From contig CAVPSJ010000014.1 of NCBI GenBank assembly GCA_963708295.1, positions 256,001 to 320,000 on the forward strand: DNA of 64,000 nucleotides, read 5' to 3'. Positions 32,594-42,026 of this stretch are shown here, piece by piece. Both the position numbers and the translations under genes were made by a program. The stretch comes from an uncultured delta proteobacterium (lineage in GTDB: Bacteria > Desulfobacterota > BSN033 > UBA1163). Below the pieces are notes generated by a model. That model ran no database searches and was not told the origin of the DNA. It saw nothing but the letters and a program-made list of their open reading frames with translations. Within the stretch, counting starts at the first letter, position 1. Every line of letters begins with the position of its first letter.

Positions 32594-33019
32594 CCCGTCA
32601 CCTCCCTTATCCCAGGTGGGAGAGGGCGGGGGTGAGGGGGGAGAGGTATCTAAATCAAGAAATCTTTACAGACGCACTTGAATTCAAATATGGGTATTCA
32701 AGATGGATGATTACATCCAAAAGAGCATCACTTTGAATTATTGTCTTGACTTTCGTGCAATATCTTGATGAAAAGTCATGATGAACGATATCTATACAAC
32801 CTATCAAAAGAGAGTTTTACTTCTCCCAACCCGAGTTATCTTTACAGAATGCCCCATGCTGCTTTTCAACTCGTGCAGAACCTGAAGCAGGAGGGTCTCG
32901 GTTGTCACTGCCGGAGCTGGCTATCGAGGCTGGAAGACTGACTTCAAATGAATAGAGGCGTTTATTCTTCGGGAGCAGTGTAAACCGTTCTTTATGGCCT
33001 GCCTCTTGTAGGCTCTGGT

Positions 33020-33355
33020 TCAGGCAGACAATTTTCGAGACCTTGAGGGTTCTCCTGAGCCCAAATCAAATTCGCTGTTTCTTTCATCTAGGAGGGCTTT
33101 TCGAACGAGCCCTTCTGGGGCCTGTGGCCTAGGTAGGCTCCAAAATCTTTTTGGGAGCTTGCCCGACCCAAGTCTGATCAAACCCTGTTTTTCCATTCTG
33201 GCCAGTGACTCTCCGAATGCTCTTGTCCGTGAAATGGGCACTAGTCGAGCCACAGGCTTTCCCCGATCTGTGATCAATACCTCGTTGCCCGCCTTGACAT
33301 GGTATAAATATTCGCTCAGATAGGCTCTCAGTTTTGAAATCCCCGCTGTCTCCAT
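33020..33355 (-). CDS. Phd/YefM-family antitoxin, apparently orphan
   Basis: ISKLRAYLSEYL..VKAGNEVLITDRGKPVARLVP. Confidence 0.85.
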   Translation of the reverse strand: METAGISKLRAYLSEYLYHVKAGNEVLITDRGKPVARLVPISRTRAFGESLARMEKQGLIRLGSGKLPKRFWSLPRPQAPEGLVRKALLDERNSEFDLGSGEPSRSRKLSA

Positions 33356-33850
33356 GGCAATGGCTCATCCTCCTATGATCTATACGCCATTAAAAGTCAT
33401 ATGAATTTGACCTGTCAAGACCTATCTAAAAAGGCTTGACTTCTTTTTGTTGGTATGGTTTAAAAGCACAACGGGAGCATTCCGACTTATTTTGGGTAAC
33501 CGGTTAAAAGGGGCCTTTTGTTAAGGAGGGTGAAGATGGTTCCTGGACGGCCCAATACGATAAGCCCTTGTAGTTTTGACCGCCTGCCGGTGGGCTGGAC
33601 GGTTCGAACTGCCGGGGCTTTACTGTTTCTGGCACAAAACATGCCATTTCAAGGCAACCGAGAGAGAAGGAAGATATTTATTCTATCTCGAATCGACTCA
33701 TGAGCGATACGGAGCCGTTATTCATGCATACAGGAGACGTAGGAGCCCGCTGCGGCGGAAGATGAGAAATCTTAGTTCCATTAATTGTTTTGGCGAAGAC
33801 TATTTATAACGGCAGATGGCCGAGGATTTTGAAAACCTAAGGAGGGCCGC

Positions 33851-34201
33851 ATGAAGTACAAAATATTTCCAAACTACAAAAGAATCGCCAAGTTAATCCT
33901 GTTACTCGGCGTGTTGGCGGCATTATCAACAACACCCTTAGCAGCAGCGGAAAACGTAAAAATAAAACTTCCTGACGGGTTATATATGTATGATTCGTCA
34001 ATAGAGCGACTTACAGATGGCCGTGAGAGGGTTGGGTTTGGAAAATATTTTGCCGTGCAAAATAACGTTATTTATAGTTCTCAAGAAGCAATGAAGAAGT
34101 TCGGGGTGTCAAAATTAAACGAGTTTTTTACTGAAAATAAGAAGTACAAAATACTTTTTGGCGGGGACAAAATAGGAGAAATACATAATGTAGGGAATAT
34201 A
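33851..34201 (+). pseudogene. Exported hypothetical protein truncated by the transposon-like element
   Basis: AAGGAGG RBS, signal peptide; frame runs into the left inverted repeat and stops at 34228. Confidence 0.6.
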
Positions 34202-35293
34202 GGGGACGTCCATAAAATTATAAGTTGACGCCTTCGCTGAGGTTTGATAGGCTGTTTTTATGCCCCGGAGAGCAAGGATCGATTATCCCGGTGGAGTTCA
34301 CCATCTCATCGTCCGAGGGATTGAACGGAAGCGGATCTTCCAGGACAATCAGGATCGTAACGCCTTTCTTGACCGTCTGGGACTTCTTCTTCTGGAATCC
34401 AAGACATCATGTTTTGCTTGGGCTTTGTTACCTAACCATGTCCATCTTCTTGTACGGAGTGGTTTGGTTTCTCTGGCGGGATTGATGCGGCGACTTCTGA
34501 CTGGATATGCTGTGACGTACAATCGGCGTTACCACAGGCATGGGGTGTTATTCCAGAATCGTTACAAATCGATTTTGTGCCAGGAAGATCGATATCTATT
34601 GGAGTTGGTGCGTTATATCCATCTGAATGCCCTCCGGGGGAAAACGGTGGACAGTTTGGACGCTTTGGGTCGCTACCCGTACACCGGCCATAGTGTCATT
34701 ATGGGAGCGTGGAAGCGAGAATGGCAGGACGCGGACACAATTTTAGGCTATTTTGCACGCAGAAAGAAAGTTGCCAGAAGGAAGTATCGGGAGTATGTCG
34801 AGGAGGGAATACGTGAGGGGCGAAGACCGGATCTGGTGGGAGGAGGACTTATTCGGAGTCTGGGGGGATGGGAGGGAGTTAAAGGACTGGGGAAGTGGAG
34901 AGGCCGATTTAAGGGAGATGAGCGGATACTTGGGGAGAGCGAATTTGTGGGAGAGGTGCTTAAGGCATCGGAAGAGGCCATGGAGCGGCGATACGGATTG
35001 AAGGCGGAAGGATTGGATCTCGAGCGGATTATCGAAAGGGTGTCGGAGATCTTTGGGATGAGAGAGGACGAAATCAAGGCGGGGGGAAAGACTCCGAAGG
35101 GAGTGGCTGCTCGGAGTGTGGTGAGTTATTGGGCGGTGAGAGAACTGGGACTTACGGGGATGGAGGTGGCAAGGAGACTGGGCGTGACCCAGCCAGCGGT
35201 GAGTCAGGCACTAAAGCGAGGGGCGAGGATCATCGAGGAGAGACATCTCAAACTGAAGGAAGTGTAGAATCTTATATTTTTATGGACGTCCCC
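34202..35293 (+). mobile_element. 1092-bp element with 23-bp terminal inverted repeats carrying an HUH/Y1 transposase
   Basis: Left GGGGACGTCCATAAAATTATAAG (34202-34224), right CTTATATTTTTATGGACGTCCCC (35271-35293); 22/23 match. Confidence 0.85.
34260..35267 (+). CDS. Y1 (IS200-like/RAYT-like) HUH transposase with C-terminal HTH
   Basis: MPRRAR, HLIVRG, LPNHVHLL (HUH), LFQNRYKS, VRYIHLN (catalytic Tyr), EVARRLGVTQPAVS HTH. Confidence 0.92.
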   Translation: MPRRARIDYPGGVHHLIVRGIERKRIFQDNQDRNAFLDRLGLLLLESKTSCFAWALLPNHVHLLVRSGLVSLAGLMRRLLTGYAVTYNRRYHRHGVLFQNRYKSILCQEDRYLLELVRYIHLNALRGKTVDSLDALGRYPYTGHSVIMGAWKREWQDADTILGYFARRKKVARRKYREYVEEGIREGRRPDLVGGGLIRSLGGWEGVKGLGKWRGRFKGDERILGESEFVGEVLKASEEAMERRYGLKAEGLDLERIIERVSEIFGMREDEIKAGGKTPKGVAARSVVSYWAVRELGLTGMEVARRLGVTQPAVSQALKRGARIIEERHLKLKEV

Positions 35294-35422
35294 CATTTTC
35301 CGTCCGTCCCCCATTTTCCGTCAGAGGAAGAAGAAAAGGATCTAATTAATTGTTTGATTAAAGCGGGATACGACGGGTTGGCAAATAAGCAGTAATCATA
35401 ACCCCAAGGAGGTCAGGGTAAC

Positions 35423-35983
35423 ATGGGAAAATCAAAAAAGTTGACTGTTTCCCTTCTTCCCACCATGTTTCTTATGGTTGCTTTATCAGTAGTTGCATAC
35501 ATCGTCCATGCAGAACAACCCTATACTACGGAGAGTGAACTTGTTTGTGGTAGTACAAAGGTTCAAGTTATTACACGATGCACCGATGATTCGCATCCCA
35601 TCGTCCCTGATTGCGTTGAACAGAAATTTCTATTTCGAGATTTGACTACGGGGCGAACATTTTCCGTTCCCGCAAGCGGCCAACTCGTAACAGTGAAAGG
35701 TGCAAATGACAGACCCATTGGCAGGAGTTTAGACGCGCTGGCTACATCTTGGCGGTGTATAAAAGGGAAATCGCAACCGTATTTGATTATTTGGTACAAT
35801 TCGGGAGGCAATTGCGAAGAATGCGAATGGCAGGAGATTCTGGACTTAACCGGTAAGAGACTCGCGTCCACCTTGCCAAAAACAACCCAAAACCAGAAAG
35901 CATTTAACGGCCTCTGGAGCAAACTCGGCTTGCCGAATATTGGACCCGGAGACTTCTTAACAATACGGGTGCACAACCGATAG
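35423..35983 (+). CDS. Exported Cys-containing hypothetical protein
   Basis: AAGGAGG RBS, signal peptide, six Cys including GGNCEECEW. Confidence 0.75.
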   Translation: MGKSKKLTVSLLPTMFLMVALSVVAYIVHAEQPYTTESELVCGSTKVQVITRCTDDSHPIVPDCVEQKFLFRDLTTGRTFSVPASGQLVTVKGANDRPIGRSLDALATSWRCIKGKSQPYLIIWYNSGGNCEECEWQEILDLTGKRLASTLPKTTQNQKAFNGLWSKLGLPNIGPGDFLTIRVHNR

Positions 35984-36145
35984 AGGGAAAAGGAAGGTTA
36001 GTACAGATAGGAAAGAAAATAGGGGTTAGTCCGCAACATGAGACAAGGCGGTGAACGACAGGGAGGGAGTAGGAGTGTCGAGGCCGCTGAGGATTGAGTG
36101 CCTGGGAGAATTTAGAGGAGGAAGAGGGAAGGGGGCCAAAGCAGA

Positions 36146-36727
36146 ATGAGGGGAGAAAATAAGGCGACAGCCAGATTTATTCTATTCGTTTTGCTCGCAC
36201 TTGTGTTTTGGCTACAGGGCACTGGACTGCATGTGTACAAAGCTTATTCACAACAGAAAGTGGAGAAACAGGATAACTACCCATCAACGCCCGAGGGAGT
36301 TGTAGAAGCCTTTGTTAAGGCCGGGTTTGACGGTACTGGTGTCGAAGAAATTGGCGATCCTCAGAAGAGGTTGCAATATACAACCTGGGAAATCTGGCCA
36401 GGGTCCGACGGAGACCTTATATCGCTTAGATACAAAATATTAAAAGTTAGGGAGGATGATAAACAGGCAACCGTGAAAGTGATTTATGAATACCTCGGTT
36501 GGGCTGCGTTCGACCTTATGAAAATAGAAAGGCAAACTAAAGAGATACAGTATTCGTTGGTCAAAGAGAAGGGTTTTTGGAAGATATCTTTTCCAGGCCA
36601 TGCTCCTTATGTATCTGTTAAGACAGCGATTAAGATGCTGGAATGGGGCATCGAGTTCTACAAAAAAGATACGGAAAGAGTAAAAAAAATGAGGAAGAAT
36701 ATCGAGACCTTAAAGGCATATTTATAG
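36146..36727 (+). CDS. Exported hypothetical protein (possible NTF2-like fold)
   Basis: Signal peptide, TPEGVVEAF, ATVKVIY, LVKEKGFWKI. Confidence 0.75.
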   Translation: MRGENKATARFILFVLLALVFWLQGTGLHVYKAYSQQKVEKQDNYPSTPEGVVEAFVKAGFDGTGVEEIGDPQKRLQYTTWEIWPGSDGDLISLRYKILKVREDDKQATVKVIYEYLGWAAFDLMKIERQTKEIQYSLVKEKGFWKISFPGHAPYVSVKTAIKMLEWGIEFYKKDTERVKKMRKNIETLKAYL

Positions 36728-36771
36728 TATTTCTCATGCGTTTGTTTCCCCATACTAAAAGGGAGATGAAT

Positions 36772-36803
36772 AAAAAAGGCGATGGAAAATCCATCGCCTT
36801 TTC
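36772..36803. terminator. Bidirectional intrinsic terminator after dnaK
   Basis: AAAAAAGGCGATGG-AAAAT-CCATCGCCTTTT between convergent genes. Confidence 0.85.
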
Positions 36804-36829
36804 TTGAAGATGACTATTCCGGATCAATA

Positions 36830-38755
36830 TTACTTCTTGCTCACATCCTCAAAATCCGCGTCGACCACGTCCTCTCCGCCTTTGGGGCGGGGTCCTTCCT
36901 GGGGTCCGGGACCGGCTTCGGCTCCGCCCGGTCCGGCCGCTCCTTTTTGAGAAGCCTTCGCATACATGGCCTCTGCCAGTTTGTGGGAGGTGCGGGTCAG
37001 TTCTTCCTGGGCAGACTTGATGGTGCTCGGATCGTTCGTTTCCATCGCCTTTTTCGCTTTGGCGACCGCGTCTTCGATATTCTGTTTCTCTGCGGCATCG
37101 ACCTTATCGCCGTATTCCTTCAAGGACTTTTCGGTCGAATAGATAAGCGTATCGAGCTGGTTTCTCGCTTCAGCAACCTCGCGTCTCTTCTTATCGTCTG
37201 ACGCATGGGCCTCGGCATCTCTGACCATCTTTTTGATATCATCTTCGTTGAGACCGCTGGAGGCCGTAATCTTTATGGACTGTTCTTTACCCGTTCCAAG
37301 GTCCTTTGCCGAGACATGAACGATTCCGTTGGCGTCGATATCAAAGGCGACCTCGATCTGAGGAATGCCTCGGGGAGCGGGCGGAATCCCCACCAGCTCA
37401 AATTGGCCGAGGGTTTTGTTATCCGCGGCCATCTCCCGTTCGCCCTGAAGGACATGAATCGTGACCGCAGGTTGGCTATCCGATGCGGTGGAGAAGATCT
37501 GGCTCTTTTTCGATGGAATGGTCGTGTTTCTTTCAATCAGTTTGGTAAAGACACCGCCGAGAGTCTCGATTCCAAGAGAGAGCGGGGTGACGTCCAGGAG
37601 AAGAACATCCTTGACCTCTCCCTTCAGGACCCCCGCCTGAATGGCAGCGCCAATGCCCACGGCCTCATCGGGGTTCACGCTCTTATTGGGCTCTTTCCCA
37701 AAGAGCTGCTTCACTTTCTCCTGAACCTTAGGCATCCGGGTCATGCCACCGACGAGGATCACCTCATCGATGTCCTTGGCTGCGATTCCAGAGTCGGCAA
37801 GGGCCTGGCGGCAGGGTCCTTCAACCATCTCAATAAGGTCCCCTGTCAGGTTTTCCAGTTTAGCCCGGGTCAACTTCATGTTCAGGTGTTTCGGCCCTGA
37901 GGCGTCGGCTGTGACAAAGGGAAGATTGATGTCTGTCTCCATCATGTTGGAGAGCTCGATCTTCGCCTTTTCGGCGGCCTCTTTTAACCTTTGAAGGGCC
38001 ATCCGGTCTTTCCTCAGGTCAATCCCCTGATCTTTTCTGAACTCATCCGCGAGATAATCGATGACCCGTTGATCAAAGTCATCCCCGCCCAGATGGGTAT
38101 TCCCATTGGTCGATTTGACTTCGAAGACGCCTTCGCCCAACTCGAGAATGGAGATATCGAACGTTCCACCCCCCAGGTCGAAGACGGCAATTTTCTCATC
38201 CTTCTTCTTTTCCAGACCATAGGCGAGGGAAGCAGCCGTGGGTTCGTTGATGATCCGAATGACGTTCAGACCTGCAATCCGTCCTGCATCCTTTGTGGCC
38301 TGACGCTGACTATCGTTGAAATAAGCCGGGACGGTAATCACGGCATCCGTGACCTTCTCACCGAGATAGGCCTCTGCCGTCTCCTTCATCTTCTGGAGGA
38401 CGAAGGCAGAGATCTCAGGGGGGCTATACTCCTTATCCCTCGTCCTGACCCACGCGTCCCCATTCTTGTTTTCGACGATCTTATACGGAAGGATCTTCAG
38501 ATCTCTCTGCACCTCGGGGTCCGTAAATTTTCTTCCCATCAGTCGTTTGATCGAGAAGATGGTATTTTCAGAGTTGGTAATTGCCTGACGTTTCGCAATC
38601 TGCCCAACCACCCGCTCCCCTTTTTCTGTAAAAGCAACCACAGAAGGAGTCGTTCGGCTCCCTTCCTGGTTGGCGATCACGACGGGATCTCCTCCCTCCA
38701 TGATGGCGACCACGGAGTTGGTGGTTCCTAAATCAATTCCTATTGTCTTTGCCAT
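36830..38755 (-). CDS. dnaK: Chaperone DnaK
   Basis: [42 protein letters not shown] tail. Confidence 0.99.
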   Translation of the reverse strand: MAKTIGIDLGTTNSVVAIMEGGDPVVIANQEGSRTTPSVVAFTEKGERVVGQIAKRQAITNSENTIFSIKRLMGRKFTDPEVQRDLKILPYKIVENKNGDAWVRTRDKEYSPPEISAFVLQKMKETAEAYLGEKVTDAVITVPAYFNDSQRQATKDAGRIAGLNVIRIINEPTAASLAYGLEKKKDEKIAVFDLGGGTFDISILELGEGVFEVKSTNGNTHLGGDDFDQRVIDYLADEFRKDQGIDLRKDRMALQRLKEAAEKAKIELSNMMETDINLPFVTADASGPKHLNMKLTRAKLENLTGDLIEMVEGPCRQALADSGIAAKDIDEVILVGGMTRMPKVQEKVKQLFGKEPNKSVNPDEAVGIGAAIQAGVLKGEVKDVLLLDVTPLSLGIETLGGVFTKLIERNTTIPSKKSQIFSTASDSQPAVTIHVLQGEREMAADNKTLGQFELVGIPPAPRGIPQIEVAFDIDANGIVHVSAKDLGTGKEQSIKITASSGLNEDDIKKMVRDAEAHASDDKKRREVAEARNQLDTLIYSTEKSLKEYGDKVDAAEKQNIEDAVAKAKKAMETNDPSTIKSAQEELTRTSHKLAEAMYAKASQKGAAGPGGAEAGPGPQEGPRPKGGEDVVDADFEDVSKK

Positions 38756-38779
38756 TTTGATTTCCCCTCCTTAAAATTT

Positions 38780-38875
38780 ACCCCGTTAGAAAGTATGCCC
38801 TGCAGCTCCGCAGTGGGGTTCATTAGATTTTAGAATTATTCCGTCACCCTGCCCCGTCGGAATTTCTAACGGGGT
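38780..38875. mobile_element. 96-bp MITE-like element between grpE and dnaK
   Basis: Perfect 13-bp terminal inverted repeats ACCCCGTTAGAAA / TTTCTAACGGGGT. Confidence 0.75.
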
Positions 38876-39504
38876 CATTCCGATGTCCGGGCCTCTTTTT
38901 CCGGAGGTTTTGACACCGAGACCGTTGCCGGCCTTAAGAGCCGATCATTCAAGAGGTAACCCTTCTGGAACTCCTCCACGACCTGATTCGGTTCATGCTT
39001 ATCTGTTTCGACGACCAACATCGCCTCGTGCACGGTTGGGTCGAAGGGTGTTCCGACCGATTGAAAAGAAGAAAGTCCAAATTTGTTCAGGGACTGGAGA
39101 ATTTGTTGAATGGTTAATCGAACCCCCTCGATCAAGACGCCCGTATCTGAGGTCTTTTGAGCGTGATTGATTGCCCTCTCCAGATTGTCGATGAATGGAA
39201 GTATCGTCCTGAGCAAATCTTCATTGGCGAACTTGGTCCAATCCTCCTTGTCTCTAGCCGCCCTCTTCTTATAATTCTCAAAATCGGCTGCGAGTCTGAG
39301 CAGACGGTCGTGATGCTCTTTGATCTCTTTCTCCTTTTCCTCCAGCTTCTTTTTGAGCTCCCCGATCTCCTTGTCTTTCTCTTGTCTTTCTTCGTCTAAA
39401 TGCAACTGCACCTCTTCACCCAGGGTTTCAATAAGATCTTCTTCGTCTTTTTTCTCCGATTCCTTTGGGTTGTGGTTCTTTTTCTTGATCTCTTTTTTCT
39501 CCAT
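38875..39504 (-). CDS. grpE: Nucleotide exchange factor GrpE
   Basis: RLAADFENYKKR, FDPTVHEAM, QKGYLLNDRLLRPA. Confidence 0.97.
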   Translation of the reverse strand: MEKKEIKKKNHNPKESEKKDEEDLIETLGEEVQLHLDEERQEKDKEIGELKKKLEEKEKEIKEHHDRLLRLAADFENYKKRAARDKEDWTKFANEDLLRTILPFIDNLERAINHAQKTSDTGVLIEGVRLTIQQILQSLNKFGLSSFQSVGTPFDPTVHEAMLVVETDKHEPNQVVEEFQKGYLLNDRLLRPATVSVSKPPEKEARTSE

Positions 39505-39598
39505 TTCTTCTACTCCCGCGTTTTCCCCGATCCAGAATCCCGGTTCCTTTAGGAAATGATTCTTTCAGCAAAAGAGGGGGCTTCACGGTGAAGGAGAA

Positions 39599-40633
39599 CT
39601 ATTGCGTCTCCAGAATCTCAGTGAGAAGTTTCGCGGTATACCCCACCAGCGGGATCACTTTTGAATAGTTCATTCTCCGAGGCCCGATGACCCCTAAAAC
39701 GCCCAGGACCTCTCCGCTGCAACTATAGGTAGAGGTGACGACGCTACAGGTCTCCATCTCCTGAACCTGGCTCTCTGAGCCGATCGCAATTTTGACTCCC
39801 TTCGGTGCCATAAACTTATCTAAGAGTTTCACCATGGTGGCCTTTTCCTCAAACGTTCGAAAGAGGTCGGTCATCCTCGAAACATTTCCGAATTCGGGTT
39901 CATTCAGTATATTCGTTTTTCCTTCGATGAAGACATCGGTGGCATCGATGGAGGAAAAGGCCTGCTCTCCTAATTTGAATGCCTGTTCGAGCAGATGATC
40001 ATAATCATTCTTGGCCACCTTCATTTGCTCTATCAGCTTCTCCCTCACCTGATAAAGGGCCAAGCCCGCCAGGAAACTGTTCAAATAATCGGAGAGATGA
40101 TCCAGCTCCAACTGAGAGAAATCTTCTTCCACTTCTATAATGCGGTTGTGAACCAACCCGGTTGTGCTCACTAAAATAGCGAGAACCAGATGTTTTCTTA
40201 ATTTCACAAATTCAATATGTTGAAGCACGACCGAACTCATTCGGGGTGTCCAAACAATTCCTAGATAGTGTGAAGATAAAGAAAGGATTCGAGACGTCTC
40301 CCTGAAGAGGTCCGGTCCCTCGATGAGAGGACTCAGATATTTGGACCGAATCTCGTGTTGTTCCTGATCACTGAGTTCGTGGACATCGATGATCGAATCC
40401 ACGTAAAATCGAAGTCCCCTCTCCGTGGGTATTCTTCCTGCTGACGTATAGGGTTGAGAAAGTAAACCCAGATCTTCCAAATCCGACATAATATTCCGTA
40501 TCGTGGCAGGGCTCACGTTGAGGCTCGATTTTTTTGAAATCGTCCTCGAACCCACGGGTTCCGCGTTGAGAATGTAGTCTTCGATGATAATCTCGAGGAC
40601 CCGCCTCATTCTTTCGGAAACGGAGAAATCCAT
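39599..40633 (-). CDS. hrcA: Heat-inducible transcription repressor HrcA
   Basis: EPVGSR, SPATIRN.M.DLE, TSAGRIPT, GVIGPRRMNY. Confidence 0.97.
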   Translation of the reverse strand: MDFSVSERMRRVLEIIIEDYILNAEPVGSRTISKKSSLNVSPATIRNIMSDLEDLGLLSQPYTSAGRIPTERGLRFYVDSIIDVHELSDQEQHEIRSKYLSPLIEGPDLFRETSRILSLSSHYLGIVWTPRMSSVVLQHIEFVKLRKHLVLAILVSTTGLVHNRIIEVEEDFSQLELDHLSDYLNSFLAGLALYQVREKLIEQMKVAKNDYDHLLEQAFKLGEQAFSSIDATDVFIEGKTNILNEPEFGNVSRMTDLFRTFEEKATMVKLLDKFMAPKGVKIAIGSESQVQEMETCSVVTSTYSCSGEVLGVLGVIGPRRMNYSKVIPLVGYTAKLLTEILETQ

Positions 40634-40749
40634 TTGAATTTTCTCCTCCTTTAAGCCAGATAAACCTGTCCCTGATACTATTAAAATGTAATTCTTTTCG
40701 TCCCCTTAAGATAATTATGGAGGTTCAGTTTGTCAAGAAATTGGAAGGT

Positions 40750-41754
40750 TTATTTATTCGTCCTCCAATGTGTCTTTCCCAATTCTTTCGGGTAGTTCCG
40801 TCTGTTCCCAGGAGGGGGGGCATAAAAGTATTGCTCAAACGCACGGTGGTAAGTGCTCCAGCGGGCCCCCTCCGGCACCTCTTTCTTTATAAATTGTTGA
40901 ATTCCATTGATTTTTGCATCCATATCATCAAGGAAATGGAGCAAAACCGCTTCTAAGGTCATCGGTTTTTTCGGGGAACCCCAATTATATTGACCATGGT
41001 GGCTCAAGAGGAAGTGCTTTAGCAGCGTGGAAAGATCCTTTGGAAAATCAGGGAGTTGTTTGATCTTATCTTCCACCCGTTCTATACCGAGGATAATGTG
41101 GCCGAGGAGTCGGCCTTCATCTGAATAGTCAAAAGAACGATGGTAAGAGAGCTCATCCACTTTGCCCAGGTCATGGAAGATTGCGGCTGTGAGCAAAAGA
41201 TCCATATTCAATCCATTGTAATGGCTGGCGATTTTTAATACGACTTGTGCCACGGAAAGGGTATGTTCCAAGAGGCCCCCCAAATAATTGTGATGGAGCC
41301 ACTTGGACGCAGGGGCAATTTTAAACCGGTTGACGAAGGACTCGTCATTCCAGAAGAGTTGGAGAAGTTGTGAGAGGTGTGGATTCTTGATCTGTCGGCC
41401 GATTTCCAAAAGGGATTGGAACATCCCGTCGATATCTTTTTCTGTCATGGGGAAAAAGTCTGAAAAAAGAATTTCTTCTTCCCTCACGCTTTCGATAGAG
41501 GTGATGTTGACCTGGAGACGCTCCTGGAAAGAGACTGCCTTTCCCATCACATGAACAAAGCCGTCCTTCTCAAAGGATTCTGCAACGTTTTCGACGGAGG
41601 TCCAGATCCTGCCCTCGATTTCTCCCGAACGGTCCACCAATTTCAATTTGAGGTAGGTGTTTCCGGTTTTGGTGACCGCCGAAGATTTCTCTTTGACCAG
41701 AAAGAGGGAGTCCACGTGATCATTTTCCTTGATCTCGTTGATATAAACCTTCAT
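40750..41754 (-). CDS. OB-fold plus HD-domain 3'-5' exonuclease (YhaM/Cbf1-like)
   Basis: N-terminal OB fold, HHNYLGGLLEHT, FHDLGK, GHIILG, LSHHG, DDMDAK. Confidence 0.9.
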   Translation of the reverse strand: MKVYINEIKENDHVDSLFLVKEKSSAVTKTGNTYLKLKLVDRSGEIEGRIWTSVENVAESFEKDGFVHVMGKAVSFQERLQVNITSIESVREEEILFSDFFPMTEKDIDGMFQSLLEIGRQIKNPHLSQLLQLFWNDESFVNRFKIAPASKWLHHNYLGGLLEHTLSVAQVVLKIASHYNGLNMDLLLTAAIFHDLGKVDELSYHRSFDYSDEGRLLGHIILGIERVEDKIKQLPDFPKDLSTLLKHFLLSHHGQYNWGSPKKPMTLEAVLLHFLDDMDAKINGIQQFIKKEVPEGARWSTYHRAFEQYFYAPPPGNRRNYPKELGKTHWRTNK

Positions 41755-41801
41755 AGACTTCCTCCCTCGCTTTTGGCATTCTCATCAATGCCAGGTCTTA
41801 C

Positions 41802-42001
41802 CAGGCTGTTGAAAAACGCCCTTCCTCTTATTCCTTATACGTTGCAGCGTCGCCAACACAGTAGGGAACGCATCTATGCGTTCCCTACAAGGGATTTCTG
41901 GCGCCCATGCAAACGGAATTTCGTAAAGCTCAACTCGCATCTGATCGTCGGCGCGTAGCCCCGCCTTACGGGCGAAGGCAGGGGCATTCTTGATCAGCCT
42001 G
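41802..42001. mobile_element. 200-bp MITE with internal GTAG REP (family D, copy 1)
   Basis: Ends CAGGCTGTTGAAAAA / TTCTTGATCAGCCTG; internal GTAGGGAACGCATCTATGCGTTCCCTAC; homolog at 61627-61819. Confidence 0.78.
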
Positions 42002-42026
42002 GGAAAAAATGAGACCAACAACCTTT

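Noticed and set aside
32925-32965. tRNA-Sec-like ACTTCAAAT anticodon loop
   Set aside because: No anticodon stem, T-arm or acceptor stem can be built
33518-33809. Small ORFs or tRNA-like fragment after a promoter and RBS
   Set aside because: No cloverleaf and no recognisable protein; cannot be supported
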